Below, in pieces: positions 38,527-48,320 of a stretch of 64,000 nucleotides of DNA. The notes beneath the pieces were generated by a model. That model saw only the letters and a list, made by a program, of their open reading frames with translations, ran no database searches and was not told the DNA's origin. The DNA lies in IMG/VR virus record IMGVR_UViG_3300027566_000003; one strand, written 5' to 3'. Every line of letters starts with the position of its first letter. Position 1 is the first letter of the stretch. The DNA is from a virus. Its lineage: Duplodnaviria; Caudoviricetes. Made by a program: the position numbers and the translations under genes.

Positions 38527-40814
38527 TTAACAGCGATGTACAATTATTTTGGGCAAATAATGAGAATGGTGATATTGCAATTATATTTGATATGGTAGAA
38601 GAAGATAGGAATAAGAAATACACATGTCCAGTTTGCGGATCAGATGTCAAACCTGTTGCTTTAGAAGGAAAAACAAAAGATGGTAAGGTAGCGCAAGTAT
38701 CTGCTCATTTCTCTCATTATGATGCTAGTAAATGTAGTAACGAGTCAGCGATCCACTACTGGTTCAAGAATAAAATATTACTCAATGGAGATAGTTTTAT
38801 TATTAAGACAGATGTTGAGAATAAATATAAATGTAAAGAAGTGTTGATTGAACAATTTTATAGAACTGAGTTTGGTATTTATAGACCTGATATTACCATC
38901 ATTACTGAGTGTGGTAAAAGTATTTACTTTGAAATGAATTATACTAACAAGAAGAAAGTAGAAGACTATATGGATAAGTGGTTAGAACTAGGCAATCCAG
39001 TGGTAGAAGTTGATATTAAGATGCTCATGGATGCAAGTTTTAACAAAAACACATACGAATTTAGAGCATTGTTTTATGAAGGTAAGTGTTTTAATACTAA
39101 GAAGAATGATTTGTATTATGATACTGTTGGACAATTTAAAGAAAGAATATGTAAAAACAATATTATTGACAATGAAATAAGGGAAAGAATTAAAAAACTT
39201 GATTGGTTTTGGTTGGAAACAATAAATTATAAAAGAGGAGAAACCAATATTGAGCAGTTGGTCGATTATATTGATTATGCTGAACATGATGAAAAGGATC
39301 TAATTTTCATGATATTATCTAAAAAGAGATGTGTCCCGATATATGAAGATTATATTAATTATAAGGTTGATTTGTTTGAGAAGTTAGCAATTGATTATTA
39401 TGGTAATTTTCAAAATGGTGTTTATGAGGAATATTTTATAATTGAAAAAATAAAAGAGGGGAAAAAGTATAAAAATATAAAATATAATACTATACAAATT
39501 AAAAACACATATTCTCCAGAATTAATTTTGATTTTTAATTTAATTAAATACACCAAAGAAGAATACTTAATTAAAATATATGATAATATTAATGTTATTA
39601 TTAAATTAATTCCACATTATGATAGATTTGATGAAATTTTATCTATACTGAAGGTGAAATATAATAGTGTGCCAAATTCAAAAGACCTAAAATTTTTTGC
39701 TTCGAAGAATGGAAGTTCATGTGAAATATCTTTGTATGCTAAGTCTAATTGGTATTATGACTATTATGATACTAAATATGCTTCAATTTATATTAATAAA
39801 AATAGTGTCAAGTATGAATATACAATTCATATCAATAAAGATAATAAGAAATATTTTGACAAAATAATTGATATGGATATATTAGATAAAAATAATGAAG
39901 TCAAAATGATTAAATTTATATCTGAAACTATTGATAAGGGGTTAGTGAGATATAATCAATATTTAATTAAAAAAGAAAATATAGAGAAGGAAAAACAATT
40001 TGAATTACTAAAAAAAGAAGAGCGAGAAAAAGAGGAGCAAGAGAAAATATTATTAGAAATTAAACAAGAAAAAATTACATTCAATAATATTTTGCTTAAA
40101 ATTATTCAAATATTTGAAGATAATAAAGATATTATTGTCGAATATAAATATAATTATTTTGTTGATAAACTTTTTGATAATTTATTATATTTTAAGGATC
40201 GTAATAATAAAGAATTTATTATTTACAGTGATTATTACTTACATAAAATTAACTGTGATAAGAGATCATATTATAGTCCTTATTTCAAACAGTGTCTTTA
40301 TAATAGTAAATGTGGAATCATTCAAATTAGTAGTAAAATTGATATAAGTGATGAAATTTATATAATGAATTTAATGAATTCCTATAAAATATCAAATAAA
40401 ATAGATATGCTGAATTATAAATTCCCAATTTATTTCAAGAACCCTAAAATTAATCTATCATTTAGAGATATGGGGTATAGTACAAAGAACTTGCCAAGAT
40501 ATAATTTTTTAAATGCAACACAGCAAATAAATAATATTCTTAAAGAAATATCATATATTAAATTCAAATTTTTAAACGACAAAAAAGATAGTAATATATA
40601 TTACTTGGAAACCACAGATGAAAATATTAATAATAAAATATACAAAGCACTTTATCCAATGATTTATTTGGCAGAGAAAAATCAAAATGATGTATTGAAT
40701 ATTAAACTCAATATAGATTTTACTTATGACGTAATAAAACAACCTTGGTTAATTAAAGAATTTATAGAAGCTCTAGAAAAACTAGGTATACATAACGTAC
40801 ATAACATAATTTAA
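38523..40814 (+). CDS. CoiA-like PD-(D/E)xK nuclease with N-terminal Zn finger
   Basis: YTCPVCG...HFSH...ESAIH..FK...E...RPDI...FEMNYT. Confidence 0.7.
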   Translation: MINSDVQLFWANNENGDIAIIFDMVEEDRNKKYTCPVCGSDVKPVALEGKTKDGKVAQVSAHFSHYDASKCSNESAIHYWFKNKILLNGDSFIIKTDVENKYKCKEVLIEQFYRTEFGIYRPDITIITECGKSIYFEMNYTNKKKVEDYMDKWLELGNPVVEVDIKMLMDASFNKNTYEFRALFYEGKCFNTKKNDLYYDTVGQFKERICKNNIIDNEIRERIKKLDWFWLETINYKRGETNIEQLVDYIDYAEHDEKDLIFMILSKKRCVPIYEDYINYKVDLFEKLAIDYYGNFQNGVYEEYFIIEKIKEGKKYKNIKYNTIQIKNTYSPELILIFNLIKYTKEEYLIKIYDNINVIIKLIPHYDRFDEILSILKVKYNSVPNSKDLKFFASKNGSSCEISLYAKSNWYYDYYDTKYASIYINKNSVKYEYTIHINKDNKKYFDKIIDMDILDKNNEVKMIKFISETIDKGLVRYNQYLIKKENIEKEKQFELLKKEEREKEEQEKILLEIKQEKITFNNILLKIIQIFEDNKDIIVEYKYNYFVDKLFDNLLYFKDRNNKEFIIYSDYYLHKINCDKRSYYSPYFKQCLYNSKCGIIQISSKIDISDEIYIMNLMNSYKISNKIDMLNYKFPIYFKNPKINLSFRDMGYSTKNLPRYNFLNATQQINNILKEISYIKFKFLNDKKDSNIYYLETTDENINNKIYKALYPMIYLAEKNQNDVLNIKLNIDFTYDVIKQPWLIKEFIEALEKLGIHNVHNII

Positions 40815-40825
40815 GGAGGAGTAAC

Positions 40826-43624
40826 TTGATTAAGCAACAACAATTCTATGTTTTTCGTATTAAATCTTCTAGATTAAAAGAGTATAAGTATAATATAACA
40901 CTAACTCCAGATCAAGCAAGGAAAAACAAAGAACTAATATCTATTGGAGATAGTGAATTAATTAGACAAATCAGGAATCACATAGGGGTTGATACTGAAA
41001 AACTTCAAGAGTTAAATAAAATTAAGAAAATAATTAAATTTCAAAAATCATCAGACGCAAACATCAAAGCATTGGAAAATATTCAAAAACAAATTGATGA
41101 TATATTATTTGTTCCAGAAGTAATTGTAACAAATATAAATTCAAATAGTCAATATAAGAACATGTTTGCTGATAGTATAACTGTAAATAATAAGACTTTT
41201 AGACGTTTCATGTGTGGTAGTGGACATTCTCGTAACAGTAAAGTTATTTTTGTAGAAGAAGAAACTATTAATAGAATTAAATCAAAATTGGAAAATGGAT
41301 ATGATAATGAAAAAAACTTCAGTGCGAATAAGTTTAATGCTTATTTCGCACTCTACAGTAGTAGTACATATAAAGTAAGAAATTTAAAGTTCTGTGTTGT
41401 AAAAGACTTAGAGGTAAATATTAAAAGAAAAGTAGATTTTGTATTTCAGGATGAAGAAAAAACTTGGGTGGAAGAATTAGATAATCATTCAATAGACTTA
41501 AAACCTCATGATGGCGAAGGTATTTTAACAATACGTGGTGCAAAACTTTGGGCAGAGGATTTAGAAATTAATGATTATATTCCAGGATTTTTCGGAATCA
41601 GAAATTCGTTTATTAAAGGGATGCTAATTTCCTACCCAGTGGATGAGTACACTAATGAAATTTCTGGAACATGCAAATTTATTGATGCATGGGGTGCTGA
41701 AAGAGATTCTAGGGAATACGATATATTCCTGACCACTAGCCAACTAAAACTATGGAAGAATTATAAGTCACTTGAGGAATTTACTAAAAATTGCGAGGAT
41801 AATAATTTGTCTTGGGGAGTATGTCATGTAGCTCCCCAACGCAACAATAATTATTGCTTGACAAATTATCAGTATTTACAGACCTTAGATATGGAAGATA
41901 ATGATATTGAAGAACTTTGCAAATTTAATGTAGATTGGTTTAAAGATATTTTAGGTGCAGATGCTATTAAAACTTCTTTATATTTATTAGGCAAAGGTGT
42001 AGAAAAAATAGAAAACATAAATGACATTCATAATCCTATTGTAAAAGCAATCTTACTAAATAATACTCTAGCAAAAGACACATATATACAAACTAAAATA
42101 ATGAATAGTATAAGAAAAAAGATTCAACACTCTTATGCAGGAAAAGTTCTTATTCAAGGAAATTACCAAACTATGTTAGCAGACCCGTTTAGTTTATGCC
42201 AAAATATATTTGGTGAAAAACCGGAAGATTGTACAGGATTGCTTAATGAAGGAGAACATTATTCAGCATATTGGAATAATAAGAATGTTACAAGTGTTGA
42301 TGCGTGTAGAAGCCCTCTTACTCATTACTCAGAGCATAATATACTAAAACTTCAAAATCATAATGTGGTTAATCATTGGTATAGATATCAAACAACTGGT
42401 ATAATCTATCCAACACTAGGATTAGACACAATTCGTCATGCAGATTCAGATTTCGACCTAGATTTGGTATTTACTTCCAGTAATCCAGTATTCTTAAGAT
42501 GTTCTCACAAAGATACATTACCTATTACATACGAAAAGAAAACTGCTCCCATAGATAAACTTACAGAAGAAGCAATGTTTCAAGCCGATTTATTAAGTTT
42601 TAGTAATGATATAGGAACTATTACTAATTATTCTACAGATATGTATACTATGTTGGAACAATTTCATAAAGGAGGTAAATCACATAATACCATATTAGAG
42701 AGATTGAAAATAACTCGTATGCTCCAAGGGAATGCAATAGATAAATCAAAAGGTGTTCAGGTACAAGATTTCCCTAAAGATTGGATTACTTATCAAACAA
42801 TTAGATACAAGGATGAATGTGATGAAGATGGGAAAGTAATTAAAGGTAAAGAAAAGGATACACCAGAATCAATTAAAGAGAAAAAATTTCTAAATAAATT
42901 AGTTATTCATAGAAAACCATATTTTCAGGGATGGATATACCCTAAATATAGAAAGAAGTATTTAGAATATATAGAAAAAGCTAATTTATATTGTAAAGTA
43001 ATTTTTAAAATGTCTTTAGAACAACTTAAAGAAAAAAGAAGAAAAACACCAGAAGAAAATGATTATATGAGATTTCATTATCACAACCTACCACTTAGTA
43101 TATCTCCAAGTGTAATGAACAAATTGTGTTGGCATATGGAATATGCTTGTAAGGATATAAAAACAGAAGTAAGTATAGATAATAATGCTGATATTGTTGA
43201 AATATTAAAAGATAAAGATATAGAAAAAAATGATGTTACATTTTCAAAAGTTCTGAAGTTGTATAAAGATTTTTGTGGAAAGAAAAGAATTCATGAGAAA
43301 ACAAAGCAAAGATCATATACGAAAGATAAATATGATGAAGAATCATATGATGATTTACAATTATTTTATAAGCAAATACGCATTGAGGCATATAAAATAT
43401 GTTCAAACACCTCAGAATTAATAAATTATGCTACAGAAATAACTTATGAATTGCATCCAAAAGATAAGAAAGATTTCTTATGGGATGTATTTGGAAAAGA
43501 TGTTTTAGTAAATATAGAAAAAAATAAACAAGATAAAGTTTTTATTCCTATTTTAGATAACAATGGTACAATCGAATATTTAGGAGATAAATTCAAATTA
43601 CAGGAGGTTATATATGATATTTAA
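40826..43624 (+). CDS. YonO-like single-subunit DNA-dependent RNA polymerase
   Basis: 932 aa; KGML, CRSPLTH and DFDLD metal-binding motif; SPbeta-like synteny ahead of HU, YonK-like and terminase genes. Confidence 0.85.
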   Translation: MIKQQQFYVFRIKSSRLKEYKYNITLTPDQARKNKELISIGDSELIRQIRNHIGVDTEKLQELNKIKKIIKFQKSSDANIKALENIQKQIDDILFVPEVIVTNINSNSQYKNMFADSITVNNKTFRRFMCGSGHSRNSKVIFVEEETINRIKSKLENGYDNEKNFSANKFNAYFALYSSSTYKVRNLKFCVVKDLEVNIKRKVDFVFQDEEKTWVEELDNHSIDLKPHDGEGILTIRGAKLWAEDLEINDYIPGFFGIRNSFIKGMLISYPVDEYTNEISGTCKFIDAWGAERDSREYDIFLTTSQLKLWKNYKSLEEFTKNCEDNNLSWGVCHVAPQRNNNYCLTNYQYLQTLDMEDNDIEELCKFNVDWFKDILGADAIKTSLYLLGKGVEKIENINDIHNPIVKAILLNNTLAKDTYIQTKIMNSIRKKIQHSYAGKVLIQGNYQTMLADPFSLCQNIFGEKPEDCTGLLNEGEHYSAYWNNKNVTSVDACRSPLTHYSEHNILKLQNHNVVNHWYRYQTTGIIYPTLGLDTIRHADSDFDLDLVFTSSNPVFLRCSHKDTLPITYEKKTAPIDKLTEEAMFQADLLSFSNDIGTITNYSTDMYTMLEQFHKGGKSHNTILERLKITRMLQGNAIDKSKGVQVQDFPKDWITYQTIRYKDECDEDGKVIKGKEKDTPESIKEKKFLNKLVIHRKPYFQGWIYPKYRKKYLEYIEKANLYCKVIFKMSLEQLKEKRRKTPEENDYMRFHYHNLPLSISPSVMNKLCWHMEYACKDIKTEVSIDNNADIVEILKDKDIEKNDVTFSKVLKLYKDFCGKKRIHEKTKQRSYTKDKYDEESYDDLQLFYKQIRIEAYKICSNTSELINYATEITYELHPKDKKDFLWDVFGKDVLVNIEKNKQDKVFIPILDNNGTIEYLGDKFKLQEVIYDI

Positions 43625-44426
43625 TGAATTAGAATATACTAAAAAAATGCTGATAAAAGGTTTTATCGGAGATAGATATACAATGGAGTTAAAAATATTA
43701 GCAAAGTATTATAATAAGATAAATGGATTAAAGACGGATGCAATCAAAGAAAAACTCAAGGAATTTTGTAAAAAGTTTTTACCAAAATATAATGAAGTAT
43801 TGCATTTAGAAATGATAATTAAAGCATCAAGGTATGGTGTTCAAAAGAAAAATACTTTAGTAGATATACCACCGATACCTATAACTAAGAGTGAGCTTGA
43901 TAAAATAGAATCTCTAAACGACACGAAATTAGAAACGATTGCATTTGTTGCCTTAGTATTAAGCAAGATGGATAAATATAGATTGAAAAAGAAAAGTAAG
44001 AAAGATGAATATTATTGTAATAATTTAAAAGAAATGTTTATAAATTCAAAGGTTAGAAGTGACAAAGAACAGAGAGAAGATTATATAGGAAAATTAAAAG
44101 AAACAGATTTGTTTGATTTGACTGTATTTGTAACATTAAAAGTTAATTTTGTTGATGAAACAAAAGAGCCTGAATTTACAATCGAAAAATATGAAAACTT
44201 TGTTTTAGAGTATTTGAGTTATAAAGGTGAAAATGTAGATTATTGTGTAAAATGTTGTTCTCCATTTCTGCCTACAAATGTTACTCATAAATACTGCCAA
44301 GAATGTGCAAAGGAAATTAGAAAAGAAAAAGTTCGTATAAATGTGCACAATTTCAGAGAAAAATCAAAATGTAATCATTCTGAAAACACCTGTAACACTG
44401 CTGTAACAATAGTTACAAGCACTTAA
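43614..44426 (+). CDS. conserved RNAP-adjacent protein with C-terminal Zn ribbon
   Basis: Overlaps the RNAP stop; CVKC...CQEC. Confidence 0.7.
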   Translation: MIFNELEYTKKMLIKGFIGDRYTMELKILAKYYNKINGLKTDAIKEKLKEFCKKFLPKYNEVLHLEMIIKASRYGVQKKNTLVDIPPIPITKSELDKIESLNDTKLETIAFVALVLSKMDKYRLKKKSKKDEYYCNNLKEMFINSKVRSDKEQREDYIGKLKETDLFDLTVFVTLKVNFVDETKEPEFTIEKYENFVLEYLSYKGENVDYCVKCCSPFLPTNVTHKYCQECAKEIRKEKVRINVHNFREKSKCNHSENTCNTAVTIVTST

Positions 44427-44587
44427 TGTAAATCCGTATATATGAATATAATAGAAATACAATTATAACAATGGTTTCAACCAATATTTAATTTATTATA
44501 TTCATAATTTGTAAGGTGTGGTCGATCACTTTGTAAATTTATAATAAAACAAAATAATAAACTCCAAAGGAGCATCAATATAACAAT

Positions 44588-44839
44588 TTGGAAAGAATCA
44601 CAAAAGAAGACATGTCATATTTAATACAAAAACAAGTTCTTAGACAGTCAAAAGGTAACTACGGAGACAATCTAGTGGTTACAGGTAAGTTTAGTAGTAA
44701 ACGTGGTAAACAGAGATTTGTAACAGATCCTTTATACAATTATCTTTCAAGATTAAAACAAGAAGAGATATTTGATTTAGATAAGATTAAGGATAATCAA
44801 AGGTATCTTTTTAGTGATAGTAGTGTAAATATCTCATGA
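44588..44839 (+). CDS. hypothetical phage protein
   Basis: TTG start with AAAGGAG SD. Confidence 0.6.
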   Translation: MERITKEDMSYLIQKQVLRQSKGNYGDNLVVTGKFSSKRGKQRFVTDPLYNYLSRLKQEEIFDLDKIKDNQRYLFSDSSVNIS

Positions 44840-44881
44840 ATAATAGTAATAATAAAATAAATTGCAGAGGAATGGTTTATA

Positions 44882-46132
44882 TTGCCCGATGAACCATACA
44901 CAATCAATCAACAATATATAGATTCGTGTGTATTAATGGATCACCCAAAAGAAGTTTTTGAAGAGTTTGATCATATCTTCCTTAGTGGTTATGTTGCAGG
45001 AGAGATGGACAATTTAAGGAAGAATGGAAAAACAGAAGAAACAAAATTTCAGGCCAGAAGAGCGTGTAGATATATAGATGCTAATGAGGACAAGATTACA
45101 TATCTTATTAGTGAGACTGATTACGATCTTCCAGAAAACTTTGATAAAGATAATATGGATAATAAAATAATCTCTATTTTATATAAAATGTGGAAAAATG
45201 ATAATAAATTTATTGCTTATAGTAATGACATATTGTTTAGGCAAAAATGTAAGGATTTAGGTATTCCTTATAGTAAATTTGAACCTACGGAATCTAATGG
45301 TGAAAAATACACAGGATATAAGACCATCCAAATGACAGAAAATGAACTTGCTAATTGGTATCAATCAGAAGCAAAATCAAATCTTTGGAATATGAATATC
45401 AATGAGTATTTATTAGTTCAGGTTAATAATGAAATAGTTGATAAATATCGTTGGACATCAAATGGGTTTAAAAGTATTGTAAAAAAAGATTTTAAAAGTA
45501 TGATGTTTGGAAATTTAAAACCAAAAGATATATACCAAGAGTTATGTATTGATAGTTTACATAATAATCAATTTACTGCTATTACAGGTAAACCAGGAAG
45601 TGGTAAATCACTTAGTAGTCTTATGTATATTATGTGGGCATTACAAAACCAAAAATATGATTCCTGCGTAATAATGTATAATCCCACAAAAGTTCGTGGT
45701 GCAGTTGATATGGGTTATTACAGTGGCAACTCCATAGAAAAGGGAATGCAACAGTTTATCGGCAATATGCTTATTACTAAATTTGGTGATAAAAGTATTG
45801 TGAATAATTTAATTACACAAGACAAGATTAGGTTGATTCCTATGGCAGATAGTAGAGGTATGGAGATAACTGATAATCAAATTCTTTATATAACTGAAGC
45901 TCAAAATACTACGCCTGATTTAATGAAACTTGCATTATCAAGATGTAGTAAAGATGCGAAAATCATTATAGAAGGTGATCCATATCAACAGGTAGATAAA
46001 ATAGATTATGTTGGAAGGAATAATGGTCTTCTACGAGCTATTGAAGTTTTCAAAAATGAAGATATGTTCGGATGTGTACATTTACCTAATATTTGGAGAA
46101 GTAGAATGGCAGATATATCTGATAAGATGTAA
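44882..46132 (+). CDS. phoH: PIN-PhoH fusion ATPase
   Basis: PIN IDSCVLM...DNKII...NDILFR; Walker A GKPGSGKS; EAQN, LSRC, GDPYQQVD. Confidence 0.88.
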   Translation: MPDEPYTINQQYIDSCVLMDHPKEVFEEFDHIFLSGYVAGEMDNLRKNGKTEETKFQARRACRYIDANEDKITYLISETDYDLPENFDKDNMDNKIISILYKMWKNDNKFIAYSNDILFRQKCKDLGIPYSKFEPTESNGEKYTGYKTIQMTENELANWYQSEAKSNLWNMNINEYLLVQVNNEIVDKYRWTSNGFKSIVKKDFKSMMFGNLKPKDIYQELCIDSLHNNQFTAITGKPGSGKSLSSLMYIMWALQNQKYDSCVIMYNPTKVRGAVDMGYYSGNSIEKGMQQFIGNMLITKFGDKSIVNNLITQDKIRLIPMADSRGMEITDNQILYITEAQNTTPDLMKLALSRCSKDAKIIIEGDPYQQVDKIDYVGRNNGLLRAIEVFKNEDMFGCVHLPNIWRSRMADISDKM

Positions 46133-46384
46133 GGATTATTAATTTTTGCTCCCTCAGTCTGTTTCACTGTACGGAGTAAGGGGACAGACTGTTCATCTGT
46201 CGCCTCTTTAATTAACTTTAAGGAGGGTAGTAACAATCGAATCACTGAAGAGAGGTCTTTATGCTTAATAAAAAAGTATAATGCACCATGATTAAAAACA
46301 CATAGTCTGATACTCACAAGGTATACAGACTAAAATAACAAAAACAACAAAAACAAATTAAAATAAAAGGGGATAAAAATAAAC

Positions 46385-46663
46385 ATGAATAAAGAACAAC
46401 TCGTAGCGGTAGTAGCCCAAAAAATTAATACAACGAAAAAAGCATCTGACGAAGCAGTAACGGCAGTATTACAAGCAATTGAAGAAGCACTTGTAAATAA
46501 AGAAAAGGTATCTCTAACTGGATTCGGAACATTTTCTGTAAAAGATCGCGCAGAACGCAATGGTCGGAATCCGGCTACAAAAGAACCTATGGTAATTCCT
46601 GCAACTGTTGCTCCGCACTGGAAGGCTGGTAAAGTCCTTAGTGATAAGGTTAAAGGGAAATAA
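46385..46663 (+). CDS. hup: HU histone-like DNA-binding protein (YonN-like)
   Basis: MNKEQLV...GFGTFSVKDRAERNGRNPAT. Confidence 0.95.
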   Translation: MNKEQLVAVVAQKINTTKKASDEAVTAVLQAIEEALVNKEKVSLTGFGTFSVKDRAERNGRNPATKEPMVIPATVAPHWKAGKVLSDKVKGK

Positions 46664-46676
46664 AGTAATTTACAGT

Positions 46677-46751
46677 GCTGGATTAGCTCAGTGGTAGAGC
46701 AGTTGCCTTGTAAGCATCATGTCATCCGTTCAAATAGGATATCCAGCTCCA
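46677..46751 (+). tRNA. tRNA-Thr(UGU) with encoded CCA
   Basis: GCTGGAT/ATCCAGC acceptor stem, GCTC/GAGC D stem, CTTGTAA anticodon loop, TTCAAAT T loop. Confidence 0.85.
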
Positions 46752-46815
46752 TATAAATTAGCATAAGGCAAACTAATAATAAAAAATTAAAAATAAAAGG
46801 TGGAATAAATAAACA

Positions 46816-47031
46816 ATGGCAAAATCAAAACTTACAGAAACTAAGAAAATTACTCATAAACTAGCAACTGAAGGTGAATTAACTATTGAAAATAATATAG
46901 CAGTAATTAACATTCCCGACGAAGGTGTTAAAAATCTAATTGAGTTACTGAAAAATTTCTCAGGGAAATATGTTAAATTTTCTTTTACAGAAGAAGAAAT
47001 TGAAGATGTAGTTGGTGAGGATAATGGATAA
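46816..47031 (+). CDS. YonK-like protein
   Basis: Size, L..FSGKYVKFSF.EE pattern and position after HU. Confidence 0.6.
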   Translation: MAKSKLTETKKITHKLATEGELTIENNIAVINIPDEGVKNLIELLKNFSGKYVKFSFTEEEIEDVVGEDNG

Positions 47032-47058
47032 GAAAAATCTGAATAATTAATCATACCT

Positions 47059-47257
47059 AACCACAATAAGGTTTGGAACAGGCATCCAACGCTCCAACAT
47101 ATGTTTTATATGAAGGATTAGAGATGTAGGAACTATATCAATAAGGATATAGAGTTTATAAAATAAACTGAGCGTCGCCCTACTATTGTGGTTTGATTCG
47201 TTTTTAGAGAGTTAGGATAAAGTTATCATAGTTAGTAATTATTCTCCTAACTCTCTA
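47059..47257 (+). ncRNA. candidate structured RNA upstream of the coiled-coil gene
   Basis: 10-bp closing helix 47059-68/47184-93, nested ACGCTC/GAGCGT, three hairpins, then a 13-bp hairpin at 47205-57. Confidence 0.45.
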
Positions 47258-47306
47258 ACCTACTAATAATTTATCAAAATTTAAAATTAAAGGGGACAAA
47301 CAAAAC

Positions 47307-47948
47307 ATGACAACTGAAACAATGACAATCCATAAAGCATTATCTGAACTCAAAGTAATTGGTGCTAAAATTGATAAAACTATTTCCCAAGGAGTATATT
47401 GTAAAGCAAATAAACATTCCAACGACAAAATCAATGGTGTATCAGTAGAAGAATTCAAGACGCAAATTCAAGCTAGTTGGAACAAAGCCAATGACTTAAT
47501 CAGTCGCAGGAATGCCATTAAAAGAGCAACTGTTTTATCTAATGCTACTACAAAAGTAAAAATTGGCGATAATGAAATGACGGTAGCAGAAGCAATTGAG
47601 ATGAAAAATAGTGGAATGGCATATAAGAAAACTTTAATGAACACAATGAACCAACATTATGTACATTCTATTCAAATTATAGATAAAGAAAATGGAGAAA
47701 CATTAAATCAAAAAGCTGAAAATTATGTAATTGGATTATTTGGTTCAAAAGAAGGTAAGACAAATACTGATGAACTTGAAAAAGTTAGGAAAGAATTTAT
47801 TCTTAATAATTCATTTGAATTTGTAGATCCAATTAAAGTTAAGGAAAAAATTGATGAATTAGAGAAAGAAATTTCTGATTTTGAATCTGAGATCGATTCC
47901 ACGCTGAGCACATCAAATGCTCTGACTGTAATAGAAATTGAATATTAA
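47307..47948 (+). CDS. coiled-coil protein, DIP1984-like from recall
   Basis: MTIHKALSELK...SNATTKVKIG..EMTVAEAIE...IDSTLSTSNA. Confidence 0.7.
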   Translation: MTTETMTIHKALSELKVIGAKIDKTISQGVYCKANKHSNDKINGVSVEEFKTQIQASWNKANDLISRRNAIKRATVLSNATTKVKIGDNEMTVAEAIEMKNSGMAYKKTLMNTMNQHYVHSIQIIDKENGETLNQKAENYVIGLFGSKEGKTNTDELEKVRKEFILNNSFEFVDPIKVKEKIDELEKEISDFESEIDSTLSTSNALTVIEIEY

Positions 47949-47971
47949 TCCATAATCCTTAAGAAATAACT

Positions 47972-48320
47972 ACTTACTGTTTTCCGAAAACTTTAAACCA
48001 TAATTGACAAGTCTTTTATGTACTTAGACTGGTTTAATAAATATAAAGAAAGTACATATTATTTACATCTTTAACAGGATGTTTACTTTGAAAATTATAT
48101 GATTTAATTAAAATCAAATGATACAAAAGCAAAACAACAAAAATTCTGTAAAGATTAAAGTTTAAATCTAAACGCTTAAAGTTAAAAATTCAAAGTTTAT
48201 TATAAGTGTAAAGTTTAAGGTTTAAATAGTAAATAATAAAGATTGATTAAATCCCTGATAAAACGGTTTGGGATGATTATGCTTGCCCAAAAGTATCCGC
48301 AGGGCTGGAAAGCAGTAAGT
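47972..48320 (+). ncRNA. candidate ~350-nt structured RNA with heptamer-repeat segment
   Basis: 14-bp terminal helix, 8-bp stem plus 9-bp pseudoknot, 12 heptads, nested 14-bp GC-rich 3' hairpin. Confidence 0.75.

Noticed and set aside
47972-48320. Retron msr-msd or tmRNA interpretation of the heptad RNA
   Set aside because: No reverse transcriptase in the window, no long msd hairpin and no tRNA-like acceptor or T arm; the internal 15-codon ORF at about 48118 lacks an SD.
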